Shown here: piece by piece, positions 58,801-64,000 of the stretch
How positions within the stretch are numbered: position 1 is the stretch's first letter
How the letters are laid out: every line of letters begins with the position of its first letter
Virus record (IMG/VR): IMGVR_UViG_3300032289_001838
Location: 1 to 64,000 of that record
Direction: 5' to 3' (one strand)
DNA length: 64,000 bases
Origin: a virus
Position numbers and translations under genes: made by a program
The notes under the pieces: generated by a model
The model's database searches: none
What the model was told of the DNA's origin: nothing
What the model saw: the letters and a program-made list of their open reading frames with translations, nothing else

Positions 58801-59201
58801 TAGATTTTATTAGTTTCCAAGTTAAACTCGGTTTCACCCACAGTATTGTTATATCTAAAGGTAATACTTATAAATATCGAATTTTTACTATTATTATCTG
58901 GTTGAATTGGAGATAGTTCCACTTTCAATATTGTTGTGCCAGGCATAAATTTGTCAACGTCACGTTGAATTACATCAATAATGATATCATTTGATATATC
59001 ATCTCCTATATTATTAAATAATAAATTGTATAATCCAGATCCAAATGTATTATTAAATCTTCTTTCTCCAGGAATAGTTAACAATAAATTTTGAATATTT
59101 GTACCAATCTGTGAGATAGTATCTTTATTTGTACTAAAATAACCCTGATCACCAAGTTGTATTGGTAATGATAAACCTATAGATTTGGTTGGAGTAGCCA
59201 T
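58800..59201 (-). CDS. gp25: Baseplate wedge / sheath initiator (T4 gp25-like)
   Basis: NIQNLLLTIPGERRF..FGSGL..LLF motif. Confidence 0.9.
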   Translation of the reverse strand: MATPTKSIGLSLPIQLGDQGYFSTNKDTISQIGTNIQNLLLTIPGERRFNNTFGSGLYNLLFNNIGDDISNDIIIDVIQRDVDKFMPGTTILKVELSPIQPDNNSKNSIFISITFRYNNTVGETEFNLETNKI

Positions 59202-59206
59202 TTATT

Positions 59207-59677
59207 TTACTTTTCACCACGTTTTTTATTCACAGCTTTCATTAGTGATCTATAATCTCTGTTCATAGCACTATAAACACTCTTTACTGGTTCGGGAGCA
59301 TTTTCTGGAGCTTTTGTTTCAGTAATTACTTGAGATTTACCTACATCAAGACCACCCATCATACTTACTAGTCCGCCTTCTTGTGGTATTCCACCTGTAG
59401 TTTGATTCAAAATATCATTCAACATTGGATTGTTTGTATACTTTACAAACTTTTTAGCCGGTTTGACTTCTTCTTCAATAACAGATGATTCTTCCATAGT
59501 TTCCAACTCTTTGAGAATTTGTTGTTCCAAGTCAGAATCAGCTGATTTTTTCTTGGTCTGAACAGCTTCTTTGGAGAATATTTCAGCCAATTGAAGTTTA
59601 ATTTCAGATTGTATTACATTGCGTACTTCTTGTTGTACCGTTTTCTTGATGAATTCTTTTAATACTTCTATTTTCAT
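59207..59677 (-). CDS. Conserved hypothetical protein
   Basis: NPMLNDILNQT and RDYRSLMKA motifs. Confidence 0.7.
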   Translation of the reverse strand: MKIEVLKEFIKKTVQQEVRNVIQSEIKLQLAEIFSKEAVQTKKKSADSDLEQQILKELETMEESSVIEEEVKPAKKFVKYTNNPMLNDILNQTTGGIPQEGGLVSMMGGLDVGKSQVITETKAPENAPEPVKSVYSAMNRDYRSLMKAVNKKRGEK

Positions 59678-59694
59678 ACTATTATATATAATTA

Positions 59695-61368
59695 TTAACC
59701 CAACGGAGATTTAGGTAAATTTAATAAATCTGTTGATCCTTTTGTGTTAGATGGTCTTGGTATTTTAACCGTTTTGATACGTGGAGTACTAGGCGGTTTT
59801 GGTATATTTGGCTTAGGCATCCCTTTTTGGACACTAGCTAATTTAGCTGCCGAAGCTCCAACGGCTCCTCCAGTAACAGCCCCAATTGCAGCACCTTTTC
59901 CTCCCCCAACTATTCCTCCTATTCCAGCTCCTAACCCACCACCGGCTAAAACTCCTCCCGTTACACCACCAACAGATAATCCAGCTCCAAGTGCGGTACC
60001 ACTTAATCCGCCTATTAATGCTCCTTTACCACCGCCAGCTAATGATCCCACACCGGCTCCAATAGCACCACCTAATATTCCGCCTTTTAATCCTTTAACT
60101 AAATTAGATGTGGATTCAACCATACCTGTTTTAGCATTTACAAATTTATCATTTCCAGCTATAGATTCGGGACTAAACTTATCTGGAGACCAATCTTTAC
60201 CCAGTCCATCTGGTTTGATTCCTTTTGGATTTAGTTTATCAACAACACTACCAGCTATTCCACCCGTTACCAATCCAGCACCGGCTCCTATTAATGCTCC
60301 TTTACCACCACCGGCTAATGCTCCAATACCAGCTCCTAAAGCTCCTCCTCCAATTGCACCTTTAACTCCAGATGATAAATTACTAAGTACGCCTCCTGCG
60401 GATTCTTGAGCACCACCAATTGCACCTTGTGCTTGACCAGCAGCTCCCTCCAATCCACCTTGAGCTTGACCAGCTGCGCCTTGTACTTGACTAGTCAATT
60501 CACCGGCCGCACTTTGTACTTGAGACGCAGCATTACTTGCTGCGTCTTGCGCTTGTGATGCTGCTTGTTGTGCTGCATTTGCGTCTAACCCCTTTACTTC
60601 TTGGGACGGTAGTTTTAAATTAGGATTATCTACTACAGGAGCTTTATTTGCTACACCATTAATTGTTTGTGTAGGAGGTCCTGGTAATGCTGGATCAGGA
60701 TCAGGTAAAAAGCAATCTGGTACTAGTTTCTTATCAAGTTGACCCGAAGAAACTTTATTTTTAATTTCTTCAGATGCACGTCTTACTGTTCCCTTGATAC
60801 TATCAATTTCATTATTATAAAATAACTCAAACGTATATGTATCTTTAACCCATTCCCGATTAAATGCTTGAATATTAAAATATTGCCTAAACCAGAGTTG
60901 TAAATTTGATAGGATTTTATTATTGATAACATCGTATTGTGCTAAACATGGAAGTTTATCTCCAACATATTCTTTAAATGCAGGATATTTTTCCAAATCG
61001 ACGAATACATTTGTTTTAGGAGTTCCTCCTGATTTCGGCGTATATGTTTCTGTAAAATAATTTTGAAAAAATTGAAAAGTTCTATCGTATTTTTTATAAA
61101 TTTTAATATACTTATTATCTCCAATTTGTGCATATCCATTATTCAATAATTCAGTGGGACTATAAAATTCATATAACGATTGATAGGACTCCGGCTTTAT
61201 TTTATTATCATCACTAACAGATGTGCCCTGTGGATTTATTTTAAATACTGCCCCCACACCCGTTTTGTATTTGTTAAAATATGGAATTATTTCCAAAGAG
61301 TTTTTTGGAAAAGTTCTTCCAGTTGCTGGTTGTAAATTGCCAAATATGTCTACTACTTGTAATGCCAT
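59695..61368 (-). CDS. Hypothetical protein with Ala/Gln linker and glycine-zipper repeats
   Basis: Three GAGIG..GGGKGA(L/A)IG units in the C-terminal half. Confidence 0.7.
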   Translation of the reverse strand: MALQVVDIFGNLQPATGRTFPKNSLEIIPYFNKYKTGVGAVFKINPQGTSVSDDNKIKPESYQSLYEFYSPTELLNNGYAQIGDNKYIKIYKKYDRTFQFFQNYFTETYTPKSGGTPKTNVFVDLEKYPAFKEYVGDKLPCLAQYDVINNKILSNLQLWFRQYFNIQAFNREWVKDTYTFELFYNNEIDSIKGTVRRASEEIKNKVSSGQLDKKLVPDCFLPDPDPALPGPPTQTINGVANKAPVVDNPNLKLPSQEVKGLDANAAQQAASQAQDAASNAASQVQSAAGELTSQVQGAAGQAQGGLEGAAGQAQGAIGGAQESAGGVLSNLSSGVKGAIGGGALGAGIGALAGGGKGALIGAGAGLVTGGIAGSVVDKLNPKGIKPDGLGKDWSPDKFSPESIAGNDKFVNAKTGMVESTSNLVKGLKGGILGGAIGAGVGSLAGGGKGALIGGLSGTALGAGLSVGGVTGGVLAGGGLGAGIGGIVGGGKGAAIGAVTGGAVGASAAKLASVQKGMPKPNIPKPPSTPRIKTVKIPRPSNTKGSTDLLNLPKSPLG

Positions 61369-61371
61369 ATA

Positions 61372-63078
61372 TTAATCCTCAAATTCAAATTCAACTTGTA
61401 CTGGACCTTCACGACGATTTCTACCTTTGAAATCACCCACAACTCCAGCTCCTGTAACAGTATTAATCTCTACTGGGTCTTTACATTCACCACCACTACC
61501 AGGTGGTTTGACTCCATTGCTACCAGGAGCATATCCACCTCCAGTAACAAATACTCGTCTACTTAACGTTTTATGCAAATTATCTCTTAGTAATTTAAGC
61601 TTAATTTGTTGTACTGGTATTTGTGTTTGATCTGGATTTGCATCATTCGTATTTTCCGCATCAATTTTACCAGCATCTACGTGACCGTGTGGATGTGGAT
61701 GAACGTGATGATACCAGTGTACGTGATCCAACAACCAATTGCAAAGATCATACATCCAATCTACAGTTGTTTGACCCAACAAAGCAGGTTCATTAGTTTC
61801 ACCGTATTGACCCAAAAATATTTGCGGAGCATTTATAGTAGCAGTATTATTTGTAGTGATAACAACCTGATCATTAGCATCAACGGTATATTCACTATCG
61901 GTAGTTACAGCATATCGTTTTTTACTAAAGTGTAGGGTCTCTGCAAATCTACTACTTAATATTAATCTATCAGAATTTATTACAATTTGATCACGATCTA
62001 AAGTGGGAAACTTAAAAGATGTTGATCCTTTAGGATTAAATCGTGGTTGTTCTTCTGTAGGCTTATTTTCACTATTAACCCCAAATATACTTTTGTATAC
62101 TGTTGTTTGCCAAGTACTTAAAGTATTTCCACTGGTAAACTGAATAGTACCACCATCATTATTAATATCTTCATCAATCTGACCTCCGTAGTTTTTTTCT
62201 TTTTCAGTTATAGCAGGTATAGGAGGTAATTTAGGATGTAACTGTTGTGCGGTTTTTTGAGCAATATTACGTTGTCTATTACGTATAGTTAGTTTAGGAT
62301 TTCCATATCCACCATCAACTGAATCTTTAAATAGATTTCCGTTTAAAGCATAAGATGGATAAGCACCTTTATCGTTTGAACGATTATCATCATACGCACT
62401 AAATCTTATAGATTGTCCGAATCTACTTTCTAGTATAGTGTCTCCTTCAAACTGACGAATACTACGTATGAATGGATTACATATAAAATAGTTGCCAAAA
62501 TACCCCGTTTGATTTTGATTAATAAATGCTGGATGACTTACATAACTTTTGCGGCTCTTGGGTTGTAAGTATGCAATTGCACTTTTACCATCGTCACTAC
62601 TAGATTTTTCAGTTATAAATTCTCCATTCGTTCCCAAAAAGTTTAAACGATTAAATGGCTTTGTATAATAATAGTTGTCTCCTATTTTTATGACTAAAAC
62701 GGTTTCGTTTAACAGTGGAAACTGAGTAATAGTGTTGTCTAAAGGAATAGCCCATGGTAGCTTATCATAAGCAGTTTGTTTTTCCTCACTTAAAACACGA
62801 ATTTTAGCTCTTCCAATATAACTAAAGTCAGTATCTGTTGCTACCGGTATTTTGTTATCATAATTCACTGGTATCTGTTGATATCTTACGGTTGGAGGAG
62901 GCTGTGAATTTTTATCCGTTGAAGTTTTTCCAAAAAACGGATGCTTATCATCTAAAATAATATCAACCACAACCGCCAATTTCAAAAAATTAGCATCTAC
63001 ATTACTAATAGATGTATTCATAACAGTTGAAGTGGAAGGATTTAATGACCTAACTATACTTGATACGTTCGTACTCAT
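61372..63078 (-). CDS. Baseplate hub / central spike (gp5-like)
   Basis: FPLLNETV OB-fold region, FEGDTILESRFGQSIRF, QIVINSDRLIL beta-helix, His-rich tip. Confidence 0.7.
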   Translation of the reverse strand: MSTNVSSIVRSLNPSTSTVMNTSISNVDANFLKLAVVVDIILDDKHPFFGKTSTDKNSQPPPTVRYQQIPVNYDNKIPVATDTDFSYIGRAKIRVLSEEKQTAYDKLPWAIPLDNTITQFPLLNETVLVIKIGDNYYYTKPFNRLNFLGTNGEFITEKSSSDDGKSAIAYLQPKSRKSYVSHPAFINQNQTGYFGNYFICNPFIRSIRQFEGDTILESRFGQSIRFSAYDDNRSNDKGAYPSYALNGNLFKDSVDGGYGNPKLTIRNRQRNIAQKTAQQLHPKLPPIPAITEKEKNYGGQIDEDINNDGGTIQFTSGNTLSTWQTTVYKSIFGVNSENKPTEEQPRFNPKGSTSFKFPTLDRDQIVINSDRLILSSRFAETLHFSKKRYAVTTDSEYTVDANDQVVITTNNTATINAPQIFLGQYGETNEPALLGQTTVDWMYDLCNWLLDHVHWYHHVHPHPHGHVDAGKIDAENTNDANPDQTQIPVQQIKLKLLRDNLHKTLSRRVFVTGGGYAPGSNGVKPPGSGGECKDPVEINTVTGAGVVGDFKGRNRREGPVQVEFEFED

Positions 63079-63419
63079 TATGCTCCTTTGCTGATGGTAA
63101 TAACCTCATCCATTAATTGTTTTCTTTCATCTTCACTTAAAATCATAGCTGGTCCTTCTCCAGTAGCTTCACCTTTAGCAACCAATCGTTGTACCACGGC
63201 TGCTAATTTAACTAACTGTTCGTCGTTTTTAATTCCTACATCATAGTAATCTTTGATAAGAGGCACTATGATTACAGCGTCATTTACAGTTTTAATTAAA
63301 GTTCGTAACTCCGAGATCAAAATATCAATTTGATCTTTCTTATTCTCTGAATTTTTCACTATATCTTTACAAAGACCAGAAAAATTCTTTCCTTTGTAAA
63401 TTTCAAAATTTAAGTCCAT
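63078..63419 (-). CDS. Conserved hypothetical protein
   Basis: IVPLIKDY..VGIKNDEQLVKLAAVVQR; TATTTATA-N5-ATG upstream. Confidence 0.7.
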   Translation of the reverse strand: MDLNFEIYKGKNFSGLCKDIVKNSENKKDQIDILISELRTLIKTVNDAVIIVPLIKDYYDVGIKNDEQLVKLAAVVQRLVAKGEATGEGPAMILSEDERKQLMDEVITISKGA

Positions 63420-63424
63420 ATACC

Positions 63425-63432
63425 TATAAATA
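63425..63432 (-). promoter_or_regulatory. Putative late promoter TATTTATA
   Basis: Directly after the terminator, 5 nt before ATG 63419; starts the baseplate operon. Confidence 0.65.
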
Positions 63433-63433
63433 G

Positions 63434-63460
63434 AAAAACCACTCCGATTGGAGTGGTTTT
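63434..63460 (-). terminator. Rho-independent terminator after sigma gene
   Basis: AAAAACCACTCC-GATT-GGAGTGGTTTT hairpin. Confidence 0.88.
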
Positions 63461-63476
63461 ATTGATAATTTAGATA

Positions 63477-64000
63477 TTATAATGTTCCTCTATTACTATA
63501 ATTTCTCATTACAAGATTTTGATAACTTTTCATCTTGTTGATAACTTTGGTTATTTGTTGGGTTTTACAATTACTCAATTCTCTAATATACAAATATAAA
63601 GTTTTTTTGTTGAAGTTTTCTATTCTTTCACAGTTTCTAAATAGTTCAATTACAGCATAAGCGATATTTAGGTCTTTTTGTTTATTAAAAATCTTAGTTA
63701 TATTTGATTCCCAGTAATTTACAATCAACTTCATGAATTCTTGAGTCTGAATATCTTTATGATGTGCGTCTTCTGTTTGTAAACAAACTGATGATTCGCT
63801 TGGCGTTTCACTAATATCTACGTGTTGATTAAATCTTTTATAATTGTTATTGTTGTGAAATATTAAATAGTTTTTAGCTACGATACTAAAATAACTGAAT
63901 GCTTTTCCTTTTCCAGCTTGAAATTTATGAATATTCGTTACTAAATGTGAAACAGTTTCTTTTTGAATCTCCAATGGACTATTATCAAAATAAGTGAATT
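63477..64000 (-). CDS. Phage late-transcription sigma factor (gp55-like); 5' end outside the window
   Basis: KF..GKGKAFSYFSIVAKNYLI region-2-like motif. The frame stays open upstream of the TTG to the window edge (FTYFDNSPLEIQKE). Confidence 0.7.
   Translation of the reverse strand, partial: FTYFDNSPLEIQKETVSHLVTNIHKFQAGKGKAFSYFSIVAKNYLIFHNNNNYKRFNQHVDISETPSESSVCLQTEDAHHKDIQTQEFMKLIVNYWESNITKIFNKQKDLNIAYAVIELFRNCERIENFNKKTLYLYIRELSNCKTQQITKVINKMKSYQNLVMRNYSNRGTL

Noticed and set aside
59744-60409. 221-aa Pro-rich plus-strand ORF
   Set aside because: Antisense shadow of the glycine-zipper region.
1-64000. Stop-codon reassignment, tRNA/rRNA genes, diversity-generating retroelement
   Set aside because: Genes tile densely under code 11 with TAA, TAG and TGA all used as stops. 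Intergenic gaps are short with no cloverleaf seen. No reverse transcriptase or TR/VR pair was noticed.

Overview
This AT-rich 64 kb window comes from a large T4-like (gp23/gp20/gp21/gp18-type) myovirus and covers most of the virion morphogenesis region, almost all on the minus strand. From left to right it holds a huge Ser/Thr collagen-like fibre gene that runs off the left edge and is missed by the ORF track, the neck and tail-completion genes, major capsid, scaffold, prohead protease and portal, the terminase, tail sheath, a four-gene glycosyl/heptosyl/methyltransferase cluster, a fused Mre11-Rad50, primase, RuvC, the baseplate block, and a late sigma factor running off the right edge. The most notable signals are these. 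(1) terL is a 'fractured' gene, with an atypically split intein (31 aa + 114 aa) around a free-standing endonuclease and a 14-bp duplicate of the intein insertion site. (2) Two Aah/TibC-type protein O-heptosyltransferases and other glycosyltransferases sit in a genome whose virion proteins are loaded with Ser/Thr motifs, which suggests a phage virion-glycosylation system. (3) A plus-strand island encodes a lipoprotein/TM protein, an MscS-like protein, an ankyrin-class III cyclase with non-canonical specificity residues, and a Mom-like gene. (4) Unrelated proteins share an N-terminal M-x-x-L-x-x-(I/L)-L-x-E tag, a candidate capsid-targeting signal. (5) A TATTTATA motif, the reverse complement of the T4 late box, often sits only 4-5 nt before ATG. 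All product calls come from motif recognition by eye; no database searches were run.
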